From: Octopus vulgaris | Taxonomy: Eukaryota | Assembly: GCA_951406725.2 (NCBI GenBank) | Contig: OX597823.1 | Coordinates: forward strand, 70,928,001-70,992,000 | DNA length: 64,000 bases | Direction: 5' to 3' | Shown here: positions 26,561 to 42,302 of the stretch, piece after piece | How positions within the stretch are numbered: the first letter of the stretch is position 1 | Layout of the letters: each line of letters begins with the position of its first letter | Position numbers and translations under genes: made by a program | The notes under the pieces: model-generated | Told to the model about the DNA's origin: nothing | Databases searched by the model: none | The model's input: the letters and a program-made list of their open reading frames with translations, nothing else

Positions 26561-26891
26561 GGACATACTAAGTATGTCTACCTGCAGGAAATAACATTCA
26601 AAACTCTTACTGAAATCGCCAAAATACAATGATGATAACAACAGAAATCAACCGAACGCAGATCAGGTTAATACAATCTCCTAACGTACACTCGGCTATA
26701 TTTTTCAATGCAGAAACCGGTCCACGTGAGTCCAAATACTTAAATGTACGTTAGGAGATTGTATTAAGCTGATCTACCGTCGGTTGATTTCTGTAGTTAA
26801 CTGATTTCTGATGTTAACATCAGTGTATTTTGGCAATTTAAATAAGAGTTTTGACTGTTATTTCCATCAGGTACACATACTTAGTACGTCC
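26561..26891. repeat. Imperfect inverted repeat (~130 bp arms, ~55 bp loop)
   Basis: ggacatactaagtatgt...ttaatacaatctcctaacgtaca pairs with tgtacgttaggagattgtattaa...acatacttagtacgtcc. Confidence 0.9.
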
Positions 26892-27911
26892 TTTGATTAA
26901 TTTCAATCCTTCAGCTATTTAATGCTTTTAGGGGCCTGCATTCACCTCTATATTATTGATTTTGTTATTATCATTTTAAAATAGTCATGCTAGATAATAA
27001 CAGAATTAACAATATTTTAGCAAACTTAATTTTTCGGGAATTGCTACCTGTGAACTATTTGCCCTTCTGTGTTCGTGTATATATATATATATATAGACAT
27101 ACATAATACATACATACAAACATACATACATACATACATACATACATACATACATACATACATACATACATAATTATGCCGATAATAATTGGAGTACTTA
27201 GTTTTGCTAGTAAATACCTGTCAATCTAGATAGGCTTAGGCTTTCAGAAATTTAAATCAATCATCTGTAGGCGTGCGTTCCATGAAAGTAAGGGAAGTAA
27301 TGCGTTCCATGGAAGCAAAAGCAAAGTTTGAAGGGAATAGTTGTCATTTGTAGACAGAGCAATAACAATTACTAAGCAACGATAAAAAAAAGAAGAAGAA
27401 TTTTCAGTGTTCTTCGCTGCTGTATGCTGATGTCTGCCAACCAATGATGAACGATAAACTTACTGGTGCTCGGTGAACAACATGAATCAAAGCGATGCCT
27501 TTATTTTTAATACAGTGAGGCAGATTCGAACTGAATATACTAATCGTATTTCGTCATTGTTAAATTAATAAATATAGCGAAGCTTTGATTGAGAGGTTAT
27601 ACAACAAATTCGATTAACCAGTGTCCCAAAGTGTCATTGCCTTTATGAATCTTGGGCATTTTAAACACAAACTTGTCTGAAGGGAAACGTTATTCACCAA
27701 TAACGGGATACAACAGCGATTAGCTTATTCACGCGCGCGCGCGTGTGTGTGTGTGTGTGTGTGTGTTAACATGCAAATACTAAAAAGGAACTTTTGGAAG
27801 CATATTAGTCCACATAAAATTCATTCAAATACGATGATGTATGTGTTGGAACAAAGGAAAGATATCGCACCTGAGAATCGACTATTTTTTTTCTTCGAAA
27901 ACATATTTGTT

Positions 27912-28085
27912 TTGAATATACTTTTCTATTTTCTATATCCTGTTTTCTATAACAGAATATACTTTTCTAATATACTTTTCTATTTCCTATCATCTGAATA
28001 TACTTTCTTATTTTCTATCATCTGAATATACTTTTCTGTTTTCTAGTTCTGAATATACTTTTCTATTTTCTATATTCTGTTTTCT
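27912..28085 (+). repeat. Degenerate minisatellite (gaatatacttttctattttctat)n
   Basis: About six copies of aatatactttt. Confidence 0.85.
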
Positions 28086-28925
28086 AAATACAAATGCATC
28101 GAAAATTAATTTCAACTATCTTTTTCACAATTTATTGTAACTTTAAAATGATAAAATGAATAATTTTAAAGTTATTAATATAAGAAAATTATATGAAATT
28201 TATTTCGTCTTGTTTTTTTCTTTAAGTGTGTATGTGTGTTCTTACGTATAGAGTCCGAAGTAATAAGTATTTGGACGTTCTAACTGCTTTTGTAGTAATA
28301 GTTGTCACGGTTTATTTTGTTAGGAGTGGGTGGTAGATACACAACCGCAATTTGTAAGAGCGGAGTGTAGTCGATTAGATCTGGCCAACACACACGCACA
28401 TACACACGCACACGCACACACGCACACGCACACACGCACATATATAATATCACTCCATAAACAATGACTGTCAGAGTTAATTATGGCGGGAGTTAATTAG
28501 AAGAGCTAAAGGTGGGTAATTTAGTGTCTCCGAGTCCCCATACATTCATCACCATGCCACTCCTACTGCCTTAGTAATAATTATTTCTAACATAAGCACA
28601 CTACCAGAATAATTCTGGTGAGGGTAGTACTTAACGGATACTTAAGTCAGCTGCAATAACTAATGTGTTCAGCACATCTTTCTGAAGGACATTAAAATAC
28701 AACGCAATAAATATATATGACTCCTTGCCAATTAAAATAAATTAAAACACACAAACTCTATTACATTTTGACTCCAGTATATACGAACAACTTGTCAAAA
28801 AGTTCATAAAACAAGCAAAAAATGCATTGCATCGAACATATACTACCAAAAATCACAGAATTAAAAAAAATACACTTTAGTAATAAACTACAACCAGATA
28901 GACAGCAGTCAGATTGCGAATGACC

Positions 28926-29042
28926 TATTTAATATACAAATGTGATTGCAAGCATAAAGGTAGTAAAATTCAGGACTGTAACTGTTATATTGGCCACATA
29001 AGAAGGAGACTTTCCGGTCGACTTATCGTAATGCAAAATTAG
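28926..29042 (+). pseudogene. PLE GIY-YIG endonuclease fragment (below the ORF-track size cut-off)
   Basis: Manual translation YLIYKCDCKHKGSKIQDCNCYIGHIRRRLSGRL fits IY..C..C..YIG...R.L..R. Confidence 0.65.
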
Positions 29043-30132
29043 ACTGTTAAGAAATAAGACATTTACTCATCACATAATTCCTCGCAAAAATAGAAGAGAA
29101 ACAATAACAAAATACACGACCCAGAAATAGTCAAATAACAACTCAGTCATTAACAAAAAGAAAAAAAAAACACATCCCTGACAAAGGATGTTCTATCATA
29201 ATTTCGGCGTTAATGTCAGTCTCATTCTTATTGGTTCCGCCTGCTATTAAGTAGTAAAATCATGTATTAATTAATTTAAATTCATCTTGACTAAGGTGTA
29301 GGAACTTCTTTTTGTAATGTTCCCCTTCCATAGGCAAAAAGGGAAGAAGTATGTATGATTGATCCCTCACAATTTCTAATGGCGTTAACTGAAGTTGTCC
29401 AAATGTAATAATATTGCCGTATGGAGATTGCTTCCGTTGACAATATTCAAATGGCTTAGTGGAAAGTAATGCCAAGAAACTTAAGATGCATCGAATCAAA
29501 CATATTTTAATATCTTTTCTATTCATGTTCAGCAAGAAATGACGCACAAAATAATAATTGCGGAATGCCAGCTTTTAAAGTAATTCATATATCCACTATA
29601 CTGTACCGCAGCCACAATTACTCGTATAGAGAAAAATAATTTTTTAAGTCTGTCGTTGTAATCCGCAATAGGCAAGAATTGAATATTACAGAGAGCAGGG
29701 TTATTGACATTTCATGTCTTACAATATTGCCAGATGTCAGCACTTTGAGCCTTTTTTTGAAGAGACGAGAGCTCAATTATCTAAGCTATAATTGGTTACT
29801 ACTCTGTTTTGTATACGTCTAAGTCCTTTGACTACTGGGGATAAGGTTGGATATTTGTCGTTCTGATCAAAGCCAGTGAGCCAGGAGCAAATGTCTACAA
29901 ATGTTCCCTTATCTCAGGAGAATAAACCTGTCCTTTTCTTTAATAATATGACCGTTTTGGAAAATGCTTGAATCTTCAGATTATCTCCCCTACTCAAGCG
30001 GAGCTGGACATAAAATGCCATTTGGTAATTATGGTACATTCTCTTGAGGCAGATATAATTTTAATAAATCAAGAACTTTTGTTTTAGGGTATTTGACGCA
30101 CCTGTATTTGTCTGCATGTATATGCGCGTGCG

Positions 30133-30193
<61 letters not shown>

Positions 30194-30702
30194 AGACGTG
30201 TATGTAATTTAAATTATGTCAGTTGTCCTCCTTGGGGCAGAAACGTGGAAAATGTACAGAACAATGGAAAAGAAGACAGATGCGGGTTAGATTGGGTAAA
30301 TAAGCAAGAAAAAGAAGGCTGAAAGTCCAAACACACATACTGTCTAGAATCAAGTCCGCAAAGTTATCATAATTTGGACATGCGATGCAACACGAGCCAT
30401 TGTTCATAAACATTCTGAAAGGAAATTCAAAGAAGAGAGCAACAGCGAGTCCAAAAAGTTTGTCGACTGACGGCAAAACAGTATGGACTCGTAACAGGAG
30501 CGTAGGTCCTGGTTTGCATGCTGCACAACACATAGGGAATTGGAGAGTCTTAGCATGCCGACCGTTGAGCACGGAGTGGGTATCTGACTGATAGGTAATG
30601 ATATATATATATAGACTACAATATTTGAAAGACATACATATAATATATTCCAGGCGCTGCTTGGTGAATTTCATCTCGTTTGTTTGCAGCCACTTTAAAC
30701 AG

Positions 30703-30833
<131 letters not shown>

Positions 30834-30924
30834 CATACATAGATACATATATATATATATATATATATATACGTATATACATACACACATACACACAAAT
30901 ACACACACACACACACATATATAT

Positions 30925-31297
30925 TCTTTTTCTCTCTTACTCGTTTACTTGTTTCAGTCATTTGACTGCGGCCATGCTGGAGCACTGCCTTTAATCGAGC
31001 ACCTCGACGCCGGAACTTATTCTTTGTAAGCCCAGTACTTATTCTATCGGTCTATTTTGCCGAACCGCTAGGTGACGGTTACATAAACACTCCAGCATCG
31101 GTTAGATATACAAACATACACGCACACACATATATACATACATATATACGACGGGCTTCTTTCAGTTTCCGTCTACCAAATCCACTCTCAAGGGTTTGGT
31201 CGGCCCGAGGCTATAGTAGAAGACACCTTCCCAAGGTGCCACGCAGTTGGAATGAACCCGGAACCATGTGGTCGGTAAACAAGCTACTTATCACACA
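30925..31297 (-). mobile_element. SINE family A
   Basis: Homologous to the other family A copies. Confidence 0.9.
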
Positions 31298-31329
31298 GGT
31301 GTGTGTGTGTGTAAAAAATAATATATTTT

Positions 31330-31690
31330 TTATCTTTCACTTGTTTCTGTTATTAGACTGCGGCCATGCCGGGATACTGCCTTGATGAATTTCACTTGAG
31401 CGAATCGATCCTAGTACTTTTTTAAAGCCTCGTAATATTCTAGCGGTCACTTTTACCAAACCGCTCAGTTACGGGGACGTATGCACCGGTCGTCAAACAG
31501 TGACGGAAAGCAAAGACATAAAGACACACTCACTCAGATACACACACACACATACGACGAACTTCTTTCAGCTTCCTTCGACTAAATCCATTCACTCAGC
31601 CTGAAGCTATAGAAAAAGACACTTGCCCAAAGTGCCACGCAAGGAGACTGATCCAGAACCGTGTGGCTAGGAAGCAAACTCCTTACCACA
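31330..31690 (-). mobile_element. SINE family A, more diverged
   Basis: Same motif order with more substitutions. Confidence 0.8.
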
Positions 31691-32240
31691 CACACACACA
31701 CACATACACACAAATACAAACAAACACACAATCACACATACACATTTGCAGACAACCTCTGAGGTTTATCTGCAGATTCCTGTACTTCATGCTCATCTCT
31801 TTGACAGATCTGCAGTCTTGAATCAGAGAAAGACCAGTATATGCCTACTTGGTATCTAGAATGCCGCCAATCGCTTCACCCGTCGGTCAGTGCGATTAGT
31901 AGCAGTTCCAGTGTAGCAATGACAGCTCCATAGCAATATGTAGAGAACAAGTGATGGTTAAGAGCGACTACGCTCTCGGAGTAACACTAGGCATGTACGA
32001 AGATAAAAATTCGTTGCTGTGTTTGTTTCGGAGGACGTTTGACTAGATAACTTTGAGAAATCCCTGGCTTGGCATTAATTCTGAGACGCACTTCTATGTC
32101 GATATAAACTCTCCAGGAACGACGTATGCCTTGTACTGACAGAGATGAGGGATGAGCGACGAAGTTATATTAGAGACACTCCTTATACAATGTCCAATCC
32201 TGCCGTCTTTAATTCCGCCATGAAGACCTCTTTATCGCCC

Positions 32241-32646
32241 TCTCTTTTACCCTTCTACTTGTTTCAGTCATTTGACTGTGGCTATGCTGGAACACCGCCT
32301 TTAATCGAAGAAATCGACCCCAGGACCTATTTTTTGTAAGCCTAGTACTTATTCTATCGGTATCTTTTGCCGAACCGCTAAGTTATGGGGACGTAAGCAC
32401 ACCAGCATCGGTTGTCAAGTGAAGTTGGGTACAAATACAGACACACAAACATATACACACATATACATACATATATATATACATATATACGACGGGCTTC
32501 TTTCAGTTTCCGTCTACCAAATCCGCTCACAAGGCTTTGGTCGGCCCGAGGCTATAGTAGAAGATACTCAACCAAGGTGCCACGCAGTGGGATTGAACCC
32601 GAAACCAGGTGGTTCGTTAGCAAGCTACTTACCACACAGCCACTCC
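32241..32646 (-). mobile_element. SINE family A
   Basis: Homologous to the other family A copies. Confidence 0.9.
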
Positions 32647-33134
32647 AGAAACGGAAGTGCTCGTTTCCAAGCGACTTTGTGGAAAACTGAGTGTCTGTGG
32701 CGAAGATGATTAGGTTGAGGAGTTTTGTTCTAAGCATTTACCTCTACATTACAGTTGACTGTTTGTATTCATGTATGTATTCATATATTTTTCACCTTAA
32801 TTCTCTCTGTCATCACCCTCTACTCCATGAAAACCACCAAACAAATTAAAATCAAACTTTGTAGTGTCCATTCAACTTGTGTTCCTATGGCAAATAGAAA
32901 TCATTATAATCATCATCATCATTGATGCACGTAAATATATATATAAATATATATATATATAATTCTTGATGTTATCTCAGCTTCTCATATGATGATTGTC
33001 GTAAATGCTATTTGATAATTGCATCGCATTATCTAGAGACGGAAATAATTTTAATAAATCAAGAATATATGATGTATGGTATTTGATATATCTTTAATAG
33101 TCCATGTTGTTCAAATACATGTCGTTGAGATATT

Positions 33135-33167
<33 letters not shown>

Positions 33168-33230
33168 AACATACATGCATTCATGAACACATATAATATA
33201 TATATGAATTTATTTATGTATATATATATA

Positions 33231-33629
33231 ATGGTCATTATTTATGAAGCTACGACCGCTAAGAAGAACACAGTTTCGTCAAAGACATATGTGGGTCTCA
33301 GAGAGGGAAATTTTAAAGCTAGGTTCAATAATCACACCTTAAACTTCAGACACTGGGATAAGCGGGAAACAAGTCATATATTCAGTCATATATGGTTCTT
33401 AAAAGAACAAGCTTTCAGCTATAAGATTTACTGGAAGATCTTGGCCAAGTGTAATCCTTATACCAACGGCAGTGGTAAGTGCGGTCTTTGTGATATGGAA
33501 AGATGCTGCATCTGGAAAAGTTCCTTAAACCCCGCTACATGTCTAAGTTCAAGAACTGAAGTTTTTGGATCATGCCCATATATGATAAAATACTTCTTAC
33601 GGTTTTGGGCCCTCCAAGATCACAGATAA
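33231..33629 (+). pseudogene. Penelope-like (Neptune-type) GIY-YIG endonuclease, 5'-truncated at (TA)n
   Basis: IIYEAT..TYVGLREGNFKARFNNH..FRH..SHIWFLKE..WKIL..PY..KCGLC. Confidence 0.85.
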
Positions 33630-34093
33630 AACCTACATTTTTAAAATTATTTTCTCGTACAAACCTCCCATATGTTTTAACATTTTTTATTGTTTCATAT
33701 ATACATTTTTAATATTTTTCATTTTTCCTTTTTTTTAATTGTGAGATTGTAAACGTGTGTGCGTATATCTATATGTATGCAGATATTGAATATGTATGTG
33801 TGTGCGTGTGCATATATGTCTACGCGTGTATGTATGTATATCTGCGATTGTGTGTTGATAGGAGGGTGTATATGTATGTATGTGTATATATGTATACATA
33901 TGTACATGTATGTATATTCATATATGCAGTGAGTGTGAATACATGCCTGTACGAGTATGTATATATGTATGTGTTTATGTATATGTGTAAGTATATATAT
34001 TTGCATATACGTGTGTGCGTGTAGAGATGTATATATGAGCCCGTAAATGCACGTATATGTTTTGTGTGTATAAGGACACACACACACACACAG

Positions 34094-34203
<110 letters not shown>

Positions 34204-35276
34204 CTGTTTGTGCGAGTATATACGTATGTAGATTTTACGGACGCCGAAGGTTTTATATGTATTGTGAGAATATGGTTGCATGTTTTCTTGTAATTTTTAT
34301 TTTTTCATTGTTATCTTTTATAATTTTTCCTGTCTATTAGAGTAACTTCCCTGTTATTCAATGGTTTTATCATAGCGTCTGTTGTCAAAATAGCCGATGA
34401 AAATGCATCGTAACTCTTAGTTCCGGCATTTGAGACTCTTAATCCTATTATGACAACTAACCGATTGTCTAATACTATATATATATATATATATATATAT
34501 ATCTATACACACACAAATGCACATATATATATGTATGTATGTATGCATGCATGCTTGCATTTATATATGTATGTACGTATGTATGTGTGTGTGTGTATGT
34601 ACATGTATGAAAAACATAAACTATATAAAACGGATTGACTTTGATTAATCATAATAGATAACATTATCTTTGGTGTCATCAAACTAGGAGAGCGATGCCA
34701 ACGACAAGAAGCTCCGTGCAACTGGTAGTAATTATTGATTGTCTCAGTGGAACAATTCTACATTGTTCTATGCCAGCAAAATAGCAGAGGATACCACTAA
34801 TAGCACTTTATATTTTATGGCGGTATATCATGGAAAATGACTACGGCTCCACTTATGCCGATAGAGAAAGAAAAATATATAAGTCATTTTAAAATATTGT
34901 CTCATCAATTATTTATTATGATTAACATGATTAATAATAGTATTGTTATTTGTGTTCATTGTGTTCATTTGTCAATTCATGAATATGAGCTTGTCACACT
35001 GTAAGTAAGCATGTATGTATGTATGTATGTATGTATGTATGTATGTATGTATGTATGTATGTATGTATGTATGTATGTATGTATGTATGTATGCATGCAT
35101 GTATACATGCATGTATGCATACATGCATGAATGTATGTATGCATGTATGTATGTATGCAAGCTTGTGTGCATGCATTTATGTATATATGTATGTATGTAT
35201 GTATGTATGGGATGTAGCAAATATATACATATACGTACATACCTACATACATAGATGTATATATATTTTATATATT

Positions 35277-36484
35277 TAATTTGGCGCATGAGAATTGTTT
35301 GTTTTTGATTTTATCGACCACACAGTATAGTAGGGGCAGTTGGGCACCGTCTGTGAGAAAAACATCACCATGAGGCAATTCACTCTGCCAGAAACTTGGA
35401 AACGATATGCGGTACTGCTTGACATTCGCGCCGGAAGCTCAAATACAAATATCTCGGAGTGTTTGGGTGTCAATCTGAGCACGGTGCAGAGGATTCGGAA
35501 ATAATTGGTTGAGTCTAATGGTAATTATGAAGGCACGGTAGCTCGAAAAACTCACTCTGATCGTTCTGATGAGAAAAGAACTCCTAAATTTGTTGGCGAG
35601 ATCCAAGTCATGATTGACAACGATCCCTGCAAACCAATCAGATCTATCGGCAGGGACATGTGAGTGTCCGAGTGTCAGGTAGTGCATGAAGATATTCGGT
35701 ATTCCTCATACAAGATGAGAAAGAGTCAATTGTATCCCAAGCTATCAATGACAAGAGGAAAGACCGCGATACGAAGCTTTTGAACAAACTGAAGCATCCC
35801 ATCCTCTCCACCTGGTCTTAATTTGGTTTTCCTCAGACGAGAAAAAATTCTGCCAGGATCAGATGGTGGACACACAGAACCGTGTACCCAAAGCATGTAC
35901 CGAGAATGATAAAAATCCAATCAACATCATGGTGTTTGGTGTAATCACTAGTGATGGCGACGTTATGCCTCTGTTCATCTTCCCACATGGCCTCAACGCA
36001 GAGGCCTACGTCAAGTGCTTGGAGTAGGTAGTACTGCTCCGGGCCAATAGGGTGGCTGCTGGAAAACCCTGTGTCTGGCAACAGGACTCTGCACCATGCC
36101 ACACATGTAGGAGAGCCTAGTCATGTCTATCAGACAATGTCTGCAACCACATCACCCCTAACGATTGGCCACCTAACTGCAACCCCTTGATTATTATGTG
36201 TGGGGCGCAGTGAACGAGAGACCAACAGAACTCCTTGTAACACCAAAGAGAAACTGAAAGCAAGGATTATGGCAGCATTCATCAACTTAAACAAAGTGAC
36301 CGTTCAAAAGAGCAGCAGAAGATTCCAAAGTCGTCTGGAGGCCATTGGCGATTTTATTGAATATATTTATTCTTTAATATTTCAAGATATTTTAATGTAA
36401 TTTTGGTAAATACATGTTGAAATGAGATGTCAGTGTTATTTTATTTTTGCGTAATTTAGTCGACAATTTATTCACCACACTCTG
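35277..36484 (+). mobile_element. Tc1/mariner superfamily maT (DD37D-like) transposon, degenerate
   Basis: Frames give FSDEK-like, MVFGVITSDG, WQQDSAPCH and WPPN..NPLDYYVW motifs. The element ends ...cacactctg followed by TA. No left TIR found. Confidence 0.8.
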
Positions 36485-36565
36485 TATATGTATATATATG
36501 TATATATAAGGGGGTTAAAATCCAAACTATGGTCTCACGAAAAACATCTGCATGTTCACATTAAT

Positions 36566-36600
<35 letters not shown>

Positions 36601-36895
36601 TATATATAAATGCTTATTTCCGATGAGATATACATGACAATTGAAATTTGTTGCATCTTCTATTTGCAGAGTAATTACATATTAAAACAGAAGAATGGAG
36701 AAATGTGGTACATATTTAATTTCATATTGCACATATTTCATTACGGCATGGGAATCACAAAAGTATACATGTAGAATAAAATTACATAGTCTCCTATCCG
36801 TAATTCTTCACAGATACGAATATGATGGAAATTTACGCTGGATGCTGCTGCAGGTTATAGTATTATTCATTATCATACTGAGAGATAGAGGCAAA

Positions 36896-37733
<838 letters not shown>

Positions 37734-38290
37734 GTGTAAGTGTACTTTAAGGAAAATTCTGTGATAAAATAATGGAATTATAATATATATGATTAACTGA
37801 AACGAGAAAAGTGAAGTAGAAGTAGAAACTTGAAAATAGTGCAGCTGATGTTAATAATGAGAATTTAGGATACATTTTGGATGGGATCCGATGACAAAGA
37901 AGTAAGGGGACAATTAATGGCAAGTCGAAGGTGCCCTTGTGTATCAAGATCGTGATTTTTAATCTTGTTTCCTGTTCCATAGAACCCTTTCATGTGCATG
38001 TCTCACTGAGATTGTACCCAATGATTTAATCCGAGGAAGGTGAATCAAAATTTGCGCAGGATCGTTGATTAAGTCTTATACAAGGATGGGCGTTTCTGGG
38101 TATCTAAACCCAAACGTTTGGGATTTCAAGAGCCTCATGAGCATTGTTTTAGTGGCAGAAGTTCAATTACAGTTGGTAGAAAATATGTGTATTGAAACGT
38201 CGGTCACTTTTCCAACATATACCTATGCTTCAAGCTCCTCCCATCATCCACCATATTTTATTTCGTTGGGAATAAATGCCGAAAGTCCAA

Positions 38291-38704
38291 TAGGCGCAGG
38301 TGTGGCTGTGTGGTAAGTAGCTTGCTAATCAACCACATGGTTCCGGGTTCAGTCCCATTGCGTGGCGCCTTGGGCAAGTGTCTTCTGCTATAGCCCCGGG
38401 CCGACCAATGCCTTGTGAGTGGATTTGGTAGACTGAAACTGAAAGAAGCCTGTCGTATATATGTATATATATGTGAGTAGTGTGTGTATGTGTTTGTGTG
38501 TCTGTGTTTGTCACCCTAGCATTGCTTGACAACCGCTGCTGGTGTGCTTACGTCCCCGTCACTTAGCGGTTCGGCAAAAGAGACCGATAGAATAAGTACT
38601 GGGCTTACAAAGAATAAGTCCCGGGGTTGATTTGCTCGACTAAAGGCGGTGCTCCAGCATGGCCGCAGTCAAATGACTGACACAAGTAAAAGAGTAAAAG
38701 AGTA
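38291..38704 (+). mobile_element. SINE family A, full length
   Basis: tRNA-like head, central core and (aaaagagt)2 tail. Confidence 0.92.
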
Positions 38705-40246
38705 TCAATTTAAAGGCGCATGTTTGTAAGTATAAATAAGACTGGAACCAACGTACTTTTTTCTAATATCAGCTGGAATAGTTTTAAGCTTCCACTTCTG
38801 CTGTACTTTTCTAGACCTATTTTATTAAGACTATTATCACGCTTGCGCTACTTTTTTCCTGCTAGTCCACCCATTTTACCGGCACCTTTTCATTCTATGA
38901 AATACACCATTGTAATGTATCTTGTATGTAAATGGAAATATAGATGACTAAGACATTTCATGTGGTAGGAAACGTATTTTGTTTGAGAGTAAGAACCAGT
39001 TGCATGTCTGTAAGATTCGGTGAAGGTTTATCTATTGAGTAAAAGAAATGAAGCTTTAATTTTAAAAAGTCACATAAAATTATTGATTGTTATGTAGAAT
39101 TAAACCATGCTTTAATGTTGGCTTCTAGAGACGAATTGAAACATTTAAAGCACATGCAAATTCTCTTCCACCTATTCGTTAAGATAGCGGCATAAATTTA
39201 TCAAATATTTTGCTGTAGATTAGTTGAGAGAAGAAGCAACTGAGCTAATGCATTCATTATTTCGGTGAGAAGGTCTTCGTTATTCCGAAGGGTAGGGAAA
39301 GGGTAATTTAAAAAATGCGAACTTTTGGGAGTAAATATTTTTCGGAGCTTTGACTGTTATGTTTAACATGACAAAAGACAGTATTGAAGAAGCTTCCTTC
39401 CTTTCGTTTGCTGAATCCACAATTATCCATACACTAGCAGAATTGCCCGACGTTGCTGGGGCTGAATTGCTTGAAAGTACTGTTAATGATTGCAGTGATT
39501 ATTCTGGCAAATATTGATATAAGTTTACGGCCAATGAATGTATTTGTAAGTGTATAGAAAGCCGTGTAAAGGAGTTCCTACCCCCTCGTAGAATGGTGTA
39601 AGAATTGAATGCGAGGTTGCCTTGAAAAGAGCCATGTTATCGTTCTCATAATTGTAAGAATTTGATAGTCATGGAAAGCGGTGTAAAACGTTCGCAGGTG
39701 AATAGGGTCTCTTCGTTTTCCACGAACGGCAGCGGATGTGCTGTTACAAAACTTCATGCTGTGTTAAAAGAGAATGGATTCCCTATGTAGGCAAGAGGGG
39801 AATGAAGCATGGGTAAGTAAATATGGGTAATTTATAAAATATAGAACAATAGCATCTACTGACCATATGTCAGACCGGCAAGACTGTAGTGGTGCTGAAT
39901 AGATGAAGCACAACACAGTGGTGGAGATGTTTTCATTGATGGGCGTTATGATTAAATTTGTTGTTGTGTAAAATGATCTGTTGCTTAGTTTCCAAAGTGT
40001 AGGATCAATGAGGTTTTGACAGGATAAAGAAAAATGTTGTTGTGGTAGTATGAAGTTGATAGTGTTATGTTGTCTGTCCGGAAATAAAATTGAATTGTTG
40101 GTGTGTGTTTGCAAATGTGTTCGAATGAGAAAGTGAATTGTGTTTGGCGCCTTTTTTACTAATAACAAGCACACACGTGAGTGTGTGTGTGTTTGAGTGT
40201 TTGTATGTAGTTGTTTGAAACGTTTGTGTTTCTCACTGTCATATAT

Positions 40247-40455
40247 GTATATGTTTGCGTGTCTATGTGTGTGTGTGAGGAGTAAATCGTTATGTATTTA
40301 TTTTTTCTGTTTCCTCTCTGTCTTGTTTTTGAGGAGTGGTTTGCAAAGAGAAAGTAGATGTATATGTTTGCGTGTCTATGTGTGTGTGTGAGGAGTAAAT
40401 CGTTATGTATTTATTTTTTTCTCTGTTTCCTCTCTGTCTTTTGTTTTGAGGAGTG
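40247..40455 (+). repeat. Local tandem duplication, ~113 bp period
   Basis: gtatatgtttgcgtgtctatgtgtgtgtgtgaggagtaaatcgttatg occurs twice. Confidence 0.9.
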
Positions 40456-40921
40456 CTTTAAGCATTAATAAGAGAAAGTAACAGAATGTGTGATGTTGAA
40501 TGTATTTTTAAGAGTGGTAGAAAGAGAATATGAGAGTGGTATACACTTGCAAAGAGAAAGTAGCAGAAAGTGTGGTAATAGAAGGAGTAAACCAGTTGAA
40601 ATGAGATAGGCAAATCGTAAAATATTGAGTTTTATCGAATTTTTGCTTAATTGGGGGTCAAATTGAAAAAAATTTATATGCCATGACCCAATCGAATCTA
40701 CTTCGAAAAATCATAGCTAAATTCCAATTGAAGAAATTCTATATTGTACAATCGTATAGCAAACAAACATAGTCACAGACAGAGAAAATCTGCCTTTCAT
40801 AGTATATGATGCAGAAATAAGGTGGGAGTGGAGAATTCTCCAAAAAAATCTGTAAAAAAACTTTTCCAGTGGTATTTATTTAAAATGATTAAATTATGCA
40901 TATATATGTGTGTATATACAT

Positions 40922-40984
<63 letters not shown>

Positions 40985-40993
40985 TATGCATAT

Positions 40994-41885
40994 CACTTTG
41001 ATCACTTTGACCGACCAGTCCGTCAGACGTCCATTTGACACCGCTGGTCACAGCACGCTGTCCACTCCTCTCTAGATCGCGCCTTTTTCATCCACGTGAT
41101 CCCAATCGTCCTCTTGAAATCGTCACTCCACCGTCGTGGAGGTCTTCCGGGTGGTCTTTTCCGCTCACGCGAGTACCACTCGACAAATGCGTGCGTCCAC
41201 CGATTATCGGTGAGCCGGGCGACGTGTCCAGCCCATCTATACTTGCTGCGAGTATACTCTGCTATGACATCTCTCACGCCGGAATTCTTTCTGATGATGT
41301 TGCTATTTATGTGCTCTCTCAACGAGATACCAAGCATTGACCTTTCCATGGCTCTTTGAGCCGTTATCAGTCTTTGCTCTTCTCTCTTTGTGGTAGCCCA
41401 TGTTTCACTACCATATAACAATGCAGGCAGAACTGCACTGTTAATGAGATTGGCGCGGGTGGTCCTGTCCAACCTTCTCTTGAGCACATCCCTTATGCCA
41501 TTGAACGCCTTCCATCCGGCCCTTACTCTCCGTGAGATCTCCTTTTTGATATCCCGGCACATATTTACAATCTCCCCCAAACTTTTCACTGCATGTCTCG
41601 AACAGATCATCAGAGGCATCGAATGGCAAGGTGGTGTCAACATCAATGGCGAGCTCCTCACTCACCTCCGTTTCGCTGACGACATCGTACTCATCGCTGA
41701 AAACATGGATCAGCTTCAGACCATGCTGACGGAGCTCGACATCAAAATTTCTGCAGTAGGTCTCAAGATGAACCGCATGAAAACAAAGTTCGTGCGGTCA
41801 GACAACGTACCAACAGGTCGAATGGTGATCGGCAGTGATGAAATAGAGGAGGTGAGAGAATATGTCTACCTGGGAGAGGAAGTAA
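40994..41885 (-). mobile_element. RTE-clade LINE, 5'-truncated with an inverted 5' segment
   Basis: Minus 41023-41568 encodes EISRR..W, LYGSETW, WAGHVAR and GRPPRRW. Plus 41567-41890 encodes ISPKLF, HLRFADDIVL and EYVYLG. Tail (tcaaagtga)2; candidate TSD atatatgcatat. Confidence 0.93.
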
Positions 41886-41938
41886 ATATATGCATATATA
41901 AATATATATATATATGTGTGTGTGTGCATATATATATA

Positions 41939-42008
<70 letters not shown>

Positions 42009-42302
42009 TATGCATATATATATATATACATGAGTTACAGAATGGAATAGGTGAAATCCGGACTACATATGTTTCATAGCGAGCGGAACCTCAGAAGTGG
42101 TAAGAAGATTCAGTTTGATTGAATCAGACATGCGTTAACATATACTTTCTTGCAGCCATGTAAACTGTCATTTAATCAAAATATCCTTGGTCTGAAGAGT
42201 AGCCTGCTGTATACACCTCCCCTGTATTGTTGTTCGCACACCCAGCAAGCCTGGTCGCCAACCGTGAAATATAAAGTGAACTTTTTGCAGCCTTGGCTTT
42301 GT

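Noticed and set aside
27912-28085. Short repeats with variable spacing (CRISPR-like)
   Set aside because: The spacers are degenerate copies of the repeat, the context is eukaryotic and there are no cas genes; it is a minisatellite.
34392-34445. ccgatga-a-aatgc...gcatt-tgaga downstream of the GIY-YIG ORF
   Set aside because: Both core halves are mutated. It is plausibly a dead PLE hammerhead but cannot be supported from this copy alone.
42058-42100. Minus-strand GAAACATATGTA palindromic stem III
   Set aside because: No matching CTGANGA with a stem I partner was found upstream.
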